A stretch of 64,000 nucleotides of DNA from Amoeboaphelidium protococcarum X5 (lineage: Eukaryota; Fungi; Aphelidiomycota): the NCBI GenBank assembly GCA_023515725.1, contig JALDTO010000154.1, positions 186,001 through 250,000 of the forward strand, written 5' to 3'. The position numbers were made by a program, and so were the translations under genes. Below the pieces are notes generated by a model that did not search any database, was not told the DNA's origin, and saw only the letters and a program-made list of their open reading frames with translations. This document shows positions 1-12,049 of the stretch, one piece after another (the stretch's first letter is position 1; each line of letters starts with the position of its first letter).

Positions 1-102
1 CCTTTCAAAACGTGCGTGGAGTACATATCTAATCCACACCATGAAGTAAAATAAACAACTCTAATAAAATACAACAATTCAATGCAAAAAACTCATATAG
101 AA

Positions 103-1296
103 TCAGTTTCCATCATTATTTATAGCATCTTTGGACGCGGAAACTTTGATCGAGGTGAGAGGCAACACCGGAGATGACTTATGAAATAGCTTTGAGTTTT
201 TACTCCCAGGGACGTCACCGTTACTGCTAGCACTATTAATATTTCCATTCTTATGCTTAGTACCACCATTGGATGCAAAGATTTTGAGATACATACCAGC
301 AAAGACGGCGACTGCACCCAGCAACTGGCCGCTGGTGAACGAATGCTTGAATATAATACAACTGAGGAAGAGGCCAAAAAACTAGCGCGTAGTCATTACA
401 GTGCTATATAAGAACGCGCCATACTTCTTGATGATATAGTAGATTAACAGTTGTCCTAATGTGGAAGATAGAGACAATACCAGCATGTCTGACAAAATCG
501 CAGGATGTCTCTTTATGAACACCATCGCCTCCAAAACTCTATCGAATGAACCAAATGCCAAAGCAAATACACTGAGAAGGGCAGAGAACATATTCACGTA
601 TAGCATCTGATTATGTGTGCTCATTTTATAATTTTTAAATAATCTCTCCTGCGTGGTAGATGTGAGTCCATCACAGAGCAGGTACACGGATATTAACAGC
701 AGCCCAATAGGCGAGTCATTGGAAGACTTTATTGCGCTGGACGTATAGTCTCCAGATACCAAAAACATAAAACATCCAGCGGTAATAAGTAATGCCACCA
801 AGTACTCTCTACTCGTATACTTTTTGCCATACCACAAGCGACCTACCACCAACACGGGTACAATCTTACCGCATTTACCCAATGTCTAAGTGGGAAAACT
901 AATATATTTTAAAGCTTCATACTAGCACATTGTTGCCATAAAATTAGATATGGAAACCAGACCATAGTACGCTAAGGGAGCAACAGGAGTAATAGATTTC
1001 AAAAAGCGTTTGAAGAAGGCAGATGGCGAATGATGCTCCTTCTACAGTAGCATTGAATACTATTGCGAGACACGGCTATCCTTGACAGCGGTTGTAAACA
1101 AAATAAACACAGAAACTATAATAGACACGAGTCTATTAGCTAGTACCAGCACAGGCGTGTATTTAAACATCTCCTTTCCCTCTCCATACGCTGTGGTCAT
1201 AATCTTCTCCTAAATGACTCCATACACTAAGAAGAATAGAAGCAGTCCAGCCACCGACAGCACCAACTGAGCCTTATCACCCAATGTATTCTTCAT
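103..1296 (-). CDS. UAA-family nucleotide-sugar/PAPS transporter (SLC35B2/PAPST1-like), 397 aa, single exon in table 6
   Basis: One frame from ATG 1296 to TGA 103 if TAR=Gln. Motifs YGVI(Q)EKIMT, GKCGKIVPV, DGLTSTTQERLF, HNQMLYVN, GQLLIY and many hydrophobic segments. Confidence 0.88.
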
Positions 1297-1572
1297 ACTA
1301 AATATTGCAGCTTAAAAATCAATTAAAATGAGGGATACTAAAGCCTTTTATTAAAAGAAAGTATAAGGCCTATTTGATGGGATAGAGAGAAAGGTGCGCG
1401 GGGAATCGCAGAGACAAGCGTAACGCGTCCGCTTACTCAAAAGAGAGGGAGGAGCGACTCTGTTCATTCAACATCGATTACTCACAATTTCCTAAAGGGA
1501 AATACTGGAAAGAGCGGCGTGCAACTGACGCGGAAATCACTGTAGTAATCATAGTTTATTCTCATATATTGA

Positions 1573-2532
1573 TCAATTGGAATTCAATTACCGAAGATAG
1601 TCCTGAACCAGATTTCGAGTCTCAGTGTTAATAATATCAGCAGCCTTGTACGTCTACAAATACTAAAAACACTATTTCACCGTCTCTTCAGTAATTTTGT
1701 AGCTGAGCATTGATAACACCTGGATAATATTCTTAATTTTAGCAATCACTAAACGTTCCATAACAGTTGGCGACCTCTGTGGAATATTTGTGTACAGCAA
1801 ATCCGGGTTCTATTCCACATCTTCCAGATTAAGACTCTCCACATGTGGACAGATAAACACGTTGCCATTAACGCCGAGAACGACATCAATATCGCATTCC
1901 CCAGTATCATTATTAGTGTGCCGCAGATTCTTCAGCTAAATGAAATGCTACTTAGATCGTTCAATCAGCGCAGAAGACACCTACAACATGGTGCCATTCT
2001 TCAACTTCCCGTACTTGAGACTGCGCGTGTGAAGTGAAACGGCACCGTCGTGAAACAGTTGCTGCACTTCAGCTACAATCAGGTCGCCCTCACTGAAGAA
2101 AGATCTCATCTGCAGTTCATCACTCTCCAGTCGTCTTCTCTACGCGCCTCCAGGCAAAGTCACGGAAGATAGCAGAAGAATCGCATCCTACTTGGCATTG
2201 ATGTCCACGCGCCATTTCTTTGATCCGACATCCTTAATTCTTCCCACCACCACATCACCAATCTGTGGCGTGAATCGCTAATTAATCGGCACCACCGAAA
2301 CTAGTTTATTTACGCGTTGAATCTGTCCAGCCAGTGAAGAGAATACGGTTGACGCAGATGAAGACGATTGTTGTTGATCCAGTTCTGATTGCCCGACATA
2401 CGTACCATGGCCACGCATAAACTACGGGTCATCCGTTATAAATTCGGCAACTCCAACAACTACATAAAATATTTGTTAAATCAATACCAATTATTACACA
2501 GAAAAAATTTCAATCCTACCTTGTCCGTCCAT
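1573..2532 (-). CDS. RRP4: Exosome complex component RRP4/EXOSC2; one intron (~2460-2519)
   Basis: MDGQ|[12 protein letters not shown](Q)FMRGHGTY, S1-domain GDVVVGRI and RSLKYGKL motifs. Intron is GT...TGTAG; TGA at 1573. Confidence 0.9.
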
Positions 2533-2648
2533 ACCAAATAAATTCTTTATAAAGACTATCACCTTTTCACTTCTTTTGATAGGTGGATTTTGCAAAAATA
2601 GAAAATTTGCACTGAATCTAGTTTAATCTAATTTATTAATATAATATC

Positions 2649-3614
2649 ATGACTGCAGGTGAAAATCAAGTGCATCCAAATATTTTTCAGGATGGCAAAG
2701 ATCCAAGTGTGTATTGGTTTAGAGAGACTACCGCGTTATGGCCTGGATAGTAGATGTCTTTGAAATTGGCTGATGGCTGCAAAATTCTGCACCATGAAAA
2801 GTCTCTGTACTAGGATGTGTTGGCCTTCAAGTCTTCGGATTATGGTAATGTTCTGGTGCTGGATGGTGTCATTTAGTGTACAGAACGCGACGAGTTTTCG
2901 TATCAGGAGATGATTGCTCACCTCCCTCTGCATGCTCATCCTAAACTCGATGGTGAAGGTATTGACGTGTTGGTCATTGGTGGTGGCGATGGTGGTGTGT
3001 TAAGAGAAGTGATCAAGCATCGTCAAGTCAGAACCGTCACGTTGTGTGAGATTGATGAAGCTGTGCCGCGTGTATCAAAGCTCTACTTGCCCGAGATGGC
3101 TAAAGGCTTCGATCACTCCAAGGTTAAAGTGCATATCGGAGATGGATTCGAGTTCTTATAAGAGTATAAGAACGCGTTCGATGTCATTATCACTGATAGC
3201 AGTGATCCATGTGGTCCTGCAGAGTGTCTCTTTGAAGATGGTTTCTTTGTGCTGTTGAAAGAGTCCCTACGTGAAGGTGGTATTCTGTGCTCGCAGGGAG
3301 AGTGTCAATGGTTGCACTTGGACATTATCAAGTCTGTTCTGGGCAAGTTGAGAAATCTCTTCCCTCAAGTAGAGTATGCTCAGACGTGTATTCCAACTTA
3401 TCCATGCGGATAGATCGGATTCTTTATGGCTGCTAAATTCTCAGCTGATGTGCATGATATCAAGAAGGTGGTTGATGGTAAGAGATGTGATGGCGAATCC
3501 ACCAACTCAGCCTTGACGCGTAAAGATTGCGACAATCTCAAGTATTACAACTATGATATTCACCAAGCAGCTTTTGTACTGCCATCATTTACCAAAAATT
3601 ACTTGAAAAATTGA
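2649..3614 (+). CDS. SPE3: Spermidine synthase, 321 aa
   Basis: WPG(Q)(Q)MSL, LDGVI(Q)[36 protein letters not shown](Q)IGF. All in-frame TAR codons fit Gln. Confidence 0.97.
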
Positions 3615-3658
3615 GTAATACTAAATAAAAATGGATCATTTTGATTACTTTAGTAAGT

Positions 3659-4189
3659 TCACTCCACCATTGAATCCGCAGTTCTTATGTCTAATAATGT
3701 CTGTGACTTCTGCTTTAATTATCGCATTCTTTGCAGGCATTGCTCACGTTCTTTAATTAAAGACTATAATTTCTGTGTGAATTACACTTCAGTCTACGCA
3801 TACCGTAATGAATTCAGCAATTGTAGAATGTCATGTAAGGTCTAATGTAATCGCTCAGTCAACTCTTTCGCATTATGAACATCGCCTGCAGCAGAATCCA
3901 AAATTTAAAAGTAAAGCTACCGCTGCTAATCAAATAAATTATTTAAAGCAGACTTTACTTCCGAGTATCTTTGATAATTCAGATCTGCGTTATTCTTCTA
4001 ATCTGATTAAATATCAACATCATCAGCAAAGACTTCAAAAGGTCTCAGACTCTGTACATCTTCAGGTATAGGCGGAGGTTAGTACAACACCTACGTTCTA
4101 CCATCTGAGGATTACTATTATACTCGCAATAATTTATGCGGCGGATGTGGAAATTTAGACACTATAACTCGCGGAGTGTTGCCTGACAT
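3659..4189 (-). CDS. Mediator subunit MED7-like protein, 176 aa
   Basis: ATG 4189 to TGA 3659. N-terminal SKFPHPP and PPPIP; LLNSLRYAQ resembles MED7 LLNEYRPHQ; C-terminal coiled coil. Divergent match. Confidence 0.6.
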
Positions 4190-4378
4190 TATATTGGCGG
4201 ATAGTTCACTTCAGACTTCAAAGCGCGCGATTTTGCTTGAGAGACGAAAATTAACGTGGGCCATTTGAGGAATTGTTTCAATTCTTCAATGAGCGAAGAT
4301 ACAATATAATTATCGAAACGATCACTTATCATCAACCATCTTTAAAAGAATATAACAGACATTTTCTGAAAATAAAAT

Positions 4379-5988
4379 ATGAGTTTGAAGAGGGCTTTCT
4401 AGAGCGGTAATGAGAAGGAGGCGATAATGTGGGTGCGAATGTGCAGCGATGTCAATACTAAAGACGATCATGATTTTACTCCGCTCATGTATGCGGTCAA
4501 GTATTAGTTCAAAGAGGTGATACAACTGCTGCTTGAGAGGTAGGCTGACGTCTCTGTTCAGAATATTGCGGGTGATACCGCTCTACGTAAGAATCTATTA
4601 CTTACCTTTTAGCTGAATTATATCTCAGTGGTCTGATACATAGTTTTTGTGTAGATTTGGCTTGTCAGAACGCTGATATTGAGTTGACCAAGATAATATT
4701 GGACGTCCCAGATCAGGTGGCGGTACTGAATATAGCGAATGATCATGGCAATACTGCGCTTCATTACGCTTGTTATAGAAATGACGTTAAACTAGTCGAG
4801 CTTCTTATCAAATAGTATGGTGCACTGATTGGATCTGTGAATAAATATGGCAAGATCCCGCTAGACTTTGCCCGACCATCACTAAAGAGCCAGCTGAAGG
4901 ATATATTGACGCAATCTGTGGAGAATCCAATACAGACGGACCCGATAGTGTTAAAGTCACGATAGCATGAAGAGGTGGAATTGTTTGCCAAAGCTAAACA
5001 TATTGCCAAGACGAAGCGTTAGTTCTTTGACATTAATGCCAGCGCTGTGATCTGGGGCGAGTTGGTTTGGATGACTGATAGGACTGAGATGTGTCTTGCC
5101 AAAGTGAATGGAGTTCCATGTATTGTGAAAAGGATCAGCGACTTGATTGTGGCTCAGAGATTCTTTAATCCCGCCAGCTTAAAAGACAACGTTCTTGTAA
5201 AGTCTAATGATTTCAATGGCGCCATTGAATTGCTAAAGCTGCGAATTGATGTCCTCTAGAAGTTGAGTCATATATCCCTAAGAACCATCATCGGCGCTTG
5301 TCTTGATTAAAACCAATTAATCGCAGTTGCTTACGAGAATGTGAATACTCCCGTTTAGTAGAACTAAATCGATATGGAAGATCAGTTAACCGGTACCATC
5401 GAGACACTTGATGACTTGATCCATAGTCCTGATGTTGAGTTGAGTAGTAATCAAGTACTTCGTTGGCTTCATGATATCAGTTAGGCAATGCAGTTCTTGC
5501 ATGATAATGGAAGTCATCATTTGAGTTTGATGCCACGAAATATTGTTGTAGTGAATGCAGGTAACAATTTGTAGCTGATTGATTATGGACTGTATAACAC
5601 TATCTTGGGATAGTACGGCGATGGAAACAGTGTAATATTGGACCCGTAATATGTTGCACCGGAGCTATTATCGAATGGACGACTGTGTGAGAACTCTTAG
5701 TCAACCGCAGATTTCACTATAGCTGCCCATAAGGCGGACATTTACAGTTTCGGTATGTTGATCTATGAACTTGTCACACGACAGTCACCATTCGAAGAGT
5801 GTTAGTGGTGCTCTATGCAATTGGGACTGTAAGTAGTTTTGAATTAAGCGAGGCCATCAATTCCCGATTACTTCCCTCCACATTTGAAGAAATTGATGGA
5901 GTTGTGCTGGTAGACTTTGCCCCAATAACGCCCTAATTTTGCTGATGTTTCCAAAGTGCTTCAGAAGATTATTGATCTTGAAAAGTGA
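4379..5988 (+). CDS. ILK: Integrin-linked kinase-like protein (ankyrin repeats + pseudokinase); intron 4587-4654
   Basis: DDHDFTPLMYA, GDTALHLA, NDHGNTALHYAC and NKYGKIPLD align in order with the ILK ankyrin region. The kinase-fold C-terminus has APE and ADIYSFG but HLSL in place of HRDL. Confidence 0.8.
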
Positions 5989-6110
5989 TTGTATCTAAGT
6001 AAATACAATTGGTAGTAAATGTCAATTTAACTTTCGAAATATGACATTTAAAAGTCACGCCATCGTCAATCTCTTCTGACTTTCTGCAACAAGGAATCGA
6101 TCATAATTTT

Positions 6111-6407
6111 ATGACCAGTCGAAATAACAACAATACCATACATTCGCATTCCCCCGCGGATCCGAATCCGCCTATAATTACTCAGAATGGCTAACAAGTG
6201 CCTGTTACTTTAAGTAAAGAGTCTGTGCAGAAAATACTGATGGCCAATTCTAAATTGATACAACTATGTGTGCAACTGTAAAATGATCCGTCTCCTCAGA
6301 ATTAACAAGATCTCGTGATTGTACAAGCCAAGTTGCAGTAGAATCTCAAGTTTTTGGCGTCTCTGGTTGATTTAAATAGTGTAAATAGTAATTAAAGGGA
6401 GCCGTGA
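6111..6407 (+). CDS. Small SSXT/SS18 N-terminal (SNH) domain protein, 98 aa
   Basis: SVQKILMANSKLIQLCVQLQN...QAKLQQNLKFLASLVD matches the SS18/GIF pattern IQKMLDxN...QxxLHxNLxYLAxxAD. Confidence 0.75.
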
Positions 6408-6645
6408 TATCCTCAAAAAGTATATTATAGTGTCTCATATTGCCGTTTCTTCTGGCTGATGTCATTTTGATGATCGCGTCGTTTCTTGTTTCTCTCCCTC
6501 CCTCATCTCTCTTCCATCAGCGCGTCGTATCGCTCGCTGTTCCTTAACATTGCCAATCGTTTCCTCTTTCATTTCTTCTTTTCACCTGTAACATTTATAT
6601 CGATTCTCTAGTAGATAGTACTGTATACGAGTTCATGCTGAAAAT

Positions 6646-7386
6646 ATGAAAGCATCAATATTATTTCTATTATCGCTGTTTTGCCTCTTATCTGCTGCCT
6701 ATGGACCTGTTATAGTGTATCTAAAGTCCCCTATGGATTTGGATTTGGGTGTTCGGTACTATTAAACTCTAGATGCTTCACTGATTTCCGATGCTGTTCA
6801 GGACCAGTTCTGTGCCTAGTAAAACGATGAATCTATTTCTTATAAATTATCTGTACTTCTGCTAGATGATGGATTCGATGCCGTGAATCTTATTAATGGT
6901 CACTTTGATAAGCAGTCGGTCGTTTAAAGATTAGTGTCTGATTATGATTAGTCCATGTCCAGCGTTGCTATTGGTTAGATTGATACATTTGTATCACCTC
7001 AGAGCTTTGTGTCGGATTTAGTTCAATAATTGCAATAGAATTGTCCATTGATTAGTAGCAGTTAGATTATCAACATTGAGGAGTCTTCTTCGATTTAAGA
7101 AATTCTGGATGACAACAACAGTCACCATCTAATTATCATGGCTCCAAAGACTCTCTCCCAAAATAGCTAAAGAAACTTGTACTTGTAAAAGAGATAGATC
7201 AATGAGCCGTCTACTAACTCTACAGAGAAATTTTTCAGCAAGAATTAGCTCTTTAGTCCTGCGATTCTGATGGGAATAACATCTGCTGTATGGGCGATAG
7301 CCATTACGGTGTTGGGCATTAGTTGGTTGTTGTCTATCCAGACTCCTACTAGATTTGACATTCCGACAAAGTAGAAGAAGTAGTGA
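6646..7386 (+). CDS. V-ATPase accessory/assembly factor Ac45/Voa1-like type I membrane protein, 246 aa
   Basis: Signal peptide MKASILFLLSLFCLLSA; C-terminal FSPAILMGI-TM-LSIQTPTRFD motif and KQKKQ tail. Confidence 0.75.
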
Positions 7387-7469
7387 ATTAATTGCGCTCT
7401 TTGTAGTGGGACATCTGATTAATATATACAGTGTATTAAATTCATGATATTGCACAATTTTTATTTCAA

Positions 7470-8951
7470 TCAATCGCTCAGCAAATTTTTAATACTTGGG
7501 AGTGTGACCTTTGGTTGGTCTTGACTAACATCAGTTTCCCCTCGCGTGCCATCAGCAGCTTAGATTGGATTCAGTAGCATTGACCGCAAAGTCTTATCAG
7601 ACTCTTACTCGTCGGCAACAGTAGTACCTGATAAGGAATGCACTGCGGATGGTAGAGTGGAGTTGGGCTGAGATTAATTCAGTGGAGGCAGAAGAATAGG
7701 ACGAGGATGTGTGACTTCATTTATCTTTCGCAGCGAGTCAGAGCCTTGGCTAGCCATAAATCCGCTGCTGCTCTGATCATTGGTACCTTATCTGATCTAC
7801 TGCTATCTCATTAGCGGACTCACAGAGAGATCAGACCTAGGAGATGCTGCAGAGAATTGCATCAGAAGATGTGCAGATTCATTGGCCAAGCCTTTCTTCA
7901 TCTCACCAAGCTATCTCGATCCGCCAGACACCTATTCTTGTACACTGTTAATCGGACGATATGGCGACTACGGAGAGCGAGAGGAGGGATTATAAACAGG
8001 GTGGGCTTATGGTCGAGCCTGAGCATTAGAGTGAGGATGTGCAGTTTGGAGGACTGGAGGGTATGTTTGCCGCTAGCGCTGGTATTATTATTACTATTAT
8101 ACAGGATATGGTTAAAACTTGACATCTTGCTGCATTCTTTGAGGACCTCGCGACAGCTGATGCATGTTAGTAGTAGAAGGCGGCAACGTGTTATTAGGAT
8201 ACCTATTACCACTTATCTACTGCTATGGACTTGTCGCTAATCTGACCGTTTAGCCAAACTGATTGCTGTTGGGTCTCATCACCTGCGTGACATATACAGC
8301 GGACATTCTGCGAGACTACTGTCTCTAATAACCAGCATACTAATTTTAGAAATCTTGGACAGCTTATAGGTTTTTCAATCGCTTAGAATTGCCAGCACTA
8401 TCAACCTACGCTTCACCTCTTCCCTCTGCAATCAGGATCTGGTTCCACGCGTCAGTTATCACGCCGCTCGTGATCAGATCTTCGTTACCATCCACAATCT
8501 CGATCACTTTAGCCCACAGCTTGACACGCTCCTACTTCAGCTTGGTGACCTTTTTAATAATACGACAATATCTTTCACGATTTGGAAGGATGGAAAACTC
8601 TTTAAGCTCGTTCAGCACTTGGCCACAATTATATAGGCGATAGGCTACACACATGTAAATAAATATATAAGGGTGAGATGAAACCAATCAGGTAAAAAAA
8701 GCTTACCTTAAGCGCGAGATATGTCCCAGTGAGTCTTGAAGTAGTCTTCGATACTCATATCCTTCTCACGGTACAGCTTCTTGTCAATGATATCGTGAAT
8801 GGCTTGGACCGTTTCTTAAAACCGCTACTACTTGTTATCGCCGCTTATTATTACATCGCCCGTTGCTTTATCGCTCTACACACACTTCACAAGATCGTCA
8901 ATCAAATCAATGTGTGTGATGAAACAATGGGGAAACCACACAACTTACCAT
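7470..8951 (-). CDS. Uncharacterised putative DNA-binding regulator: N-terminal helical domain, long low-complexity tail; introns 8876-8948 and 8645-8706
   Basis: An ATG-only first exon splices in frame. Domain reads FQETVQAIHDIIDKKLYRE...IEDYFKTHWDISRAQAYRL...LPNRERYCR; the S/Q/P-rich tail ends LPSIKNLLSD. Confidence 0.7.
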
Positions 8952-10044
8952 TGTATCAGAGTTGCAATCGCTTGGACTTATCAAGTTGTCGGAATTACCA
9001 GAGTGACTCATATTATTAAATTAAAGTTGGCAGCTAATATTGCAAAATACGATACAAATAATTCTTTGAATGCTGATTTAAAGTTGAATAAAATATAATG
9101 GTGGGACTGGTGAAAGTTGTGGACAATGTGAGTAATCTTGCCCAAGACTTCAATCAAGTACAAGAGCGATTGTAACCATGGCTGGCCAGTGAGCACACCG
9201 TTAGGCTCGTGCTAAATCACGAATCAATTTATAATTGGCAAAACACAAACATTCGTGATAAGCTGTGGACAACTTGTGCTATATACGTGTACTTAGAAGT
9301 ATCACATGTGTTCTAGTGACCATGATAAAGTGATAATGAATTTATGATAAATGCAAATTCACCCGTCCACTAGTATTTACCATTATCTCACCATACTCCC
9401 AGAGTATACATCAAGCATTGTTTGTGGAGACACTTCAGCACGTGTTAGACACGCCTTAGTTACCGTGTGCATCAATTCTGACTTGTTTAATTCCTTAGGA
9501 AGTTGTTTGATTAACGCTCATTTCCCCAGAGGAGAAGCTCACCTTGTCGTGGTTCTGGGGCTCCTCTCCATGCGCTTGTATGGAGAGGTCTAAGAAGCTT
9601 TGTGCATCGTATACAAAATGAAACTCACCGTTGTTAGGTATGTAGGTTATAAAGTAGTCAATTACTCACAGCGCTCTATGCGAGTATGTCTATAGCTAAT
9701 GGTCGCATATGACAAGCTCACTAACTGGGAACCTCACTGCTGTACTTATACTCTGATTTATTAAAGGATGGTTTACGTAATGGCTAGTTTATGCAATTAT
9801 GGTTATTGTAGTAGTAGCTAAAGAGACTCACTTAATGAGCCTGGGCTAGACGCTGCACCCAATTGCGCACGGTTGGTCGACCAGAAATCAGTGAATTGGT
9901 AGTCACGGATCACAACATGGCGCGCTCTGTCACCCTCTGCATAGTGGCATACTAAAAAACGAGCTGAAGTCAAGTTGGAACGTAAGTGTCTAAATACGGT
10001 CCTTTGGAAAATAATTTTCTGTCATTTGCATAATACGTCATTGA

Positions 10045-10739
10045 TCAGTAATCCCTATCCCAATCAGAAACTCCGAACGATGTATCTGATCCGTCATCTA
10101 GACTGCCCGCCAGATTTAATTCAGTTATATTACAACTGTCACCGAGCAAAGGATACCGACTTGTAGCGGGAACAAAGTCATCATCAACCTACGTCAATCC
10201 AACTACGATAATTTTCTGCGTTCCAACTAACGCCTTATGCTACGTGTAGCATTGAGAGTCAACAACCGCCAGCACGTTCTGCAATACCATTCGATATTCA
10301 CGAGAGAAGAAGTAATCCAAATACTAGGATAGATAGCGCTTGTCAGCAATACTCAGCACACAAGGATCGACTTAAAAAACGCGAGAGGATCGATCCGGCA
10401 ACATTGCCCAGTCGGTTAGAGCGTGCCTTGCATAGCACCGCGGAAAGTCGTCAGGTCAACTGTCCAAACAGAATTACTCACATATGCCACTTGGCTTGGA
10501 AACTCTGACACCTTCTTGTGCACAAAAGATGCCACTTCATGGACCTCAGTCAAATCAGTGGTCACACCGTAAGCGAATCTCATCGGAGGACGAAGACCAT
10601 AGCTAATGTTCAGATACGTCATTGTACTGGTATCACCCTAATCAGTGCCTAGAGTCTGCACCTCGCTGGAAATCTGTGGAACATGAGAGATCTCCAACCT
10701 TGGAGCGCTGGCTTCAAGTTGCACTTTTTAAACGCTCAT
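10045..10739 (-). CDS. Hypothetical two-exon protein (~178 aa) divergent from LINE ORF1; intron 10324-10481
   Basis: ATG 10739, phase-0 GTGAGT donor, GCTGAC branch-like site, CCTAG acceptor, exon 2 open to TGA 10045. No recognisable domain. Confidence 0.4.
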
Positions 10740-10855
10740 AGCGTGCTAGCTGACAACTATCTCTGTCGATCACTATACGGAATGATTCCGCGAGTAGCGA
10801 ACTGCCACTCGTCTTCACAAAATAAAAACAACTTCCGATTGTCCAACTCCTCGTA

Positions 10856-11986
10856 ATGAGCGAAACTGTCCAAAAGGTGGTAACTAACGCCAGTCAAACG
10901 GCTGGTAGTGTCACGACTGATAGGGATAGAAGTTAATACTTTTAAGCCAAGGTCGTCTTCCCGGAAAATTTGGGAGCGAAGGAGCGCGAAGATCATCTAA
11001 TCGAGAAGTCTGATGGACTAGATCTTTTTGGATGTACGTAACAATAACATGGCTGTGTGCTGCAGTTCGAGACAGAAGAACATCGAGACACGTTCTGCAC
11101 GAGATCAGATTGGGCCGAACCATTAAAGTCTAGCACGAGAGTCTTCTTCACCGACACTGGGTCGGCTGGCGGAAAGACGAGCATGAAAGTTCGTATCACT
11201 TAGACGTTCTTCAATTACGGCTGGCAAGTACTGGAAGTTAGACATGGAATACACATGAGTTGGTACAAAAGAGGACTAATCGTGGAAAACCACGAGTTCA
11301 TCATCATTGCCAAGAAACTCAGCAGTAAGATGGACGACACCTGGCCCAGAGAGATCCTCCAAACTCCTGAAACTGGCATGAAGCGCTCACTCCGAGTGTG
11401 GAGAAACGACTCTTGCTGGAAGTGCAGATAGTCGGGTCATTATAAAAGCAACTGCCCACGCCTCACGTAGAACTAATCCTCTGCTCCTGAAGTCAATGAT
11501 GCAAGTGCTGCAGTAACTAACTCAGCCTCTGCCACCCCTTAAGGCAGCACCCCGTCTGCCAAGACTTCTGGAACAGAGACAATTACTCTAGGCGAAGCTA
11601 CATCCATCACTACTAATAACGTGAATGACCCGGTACCTCCTGATAGCTAGAGTTTAGCCGATAGCATCAGCGGTGCAACTGCAAACGCAACTAACGATGC
11701 CAAGCACAGAAGACCAAGACCGACTAACATCACTTTAAATGACTTTCTGACTAAGGAAGTCCGTGAGAGGATTGATGTCTCAGTCGAAGAAGACGATGCC
11801 GCGTCTAGATCCACGTCAGCTACTCTCGTCTCGATGACAAAAGAAATGGGAGTTGACGAACAGTCAGTGAAAAGTTCCCAGACTGCAAGAGCTACAAGAA
11901 ACTCTAGAAAGAGGGATGCCAAGGATTTGCTGACCCCGCATAAGTAGGCTGATACGTAAACTGCTGCCAACAAAAGGAAGAGATGA
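10856..11986 (+). CDS. LINE ORF1 (gag-like, zinc knuckle), 376 aa
   Basis: Open in table 6; CWKCR(Q)SGHYKSNC knuckle at ~11414-11455; S/T/A-rich tail ending KRKR. Confidence 0.85.
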
Positions 11987-12049
11987 AAAGACAGGTTAAA
12001 GATAAAGGAAGAAGGAAAAATGAAGAAGCTGCTATAACAGTTATAGTGA

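Noticed and set aside
10396-10466. tRNA-like stretch (TTGCCCAGTCGGTTAGAGC)
   Set aside because: Only the D-arm resembles tRNA; anticodon arm, T-loop and acceptor stem do not form properly.
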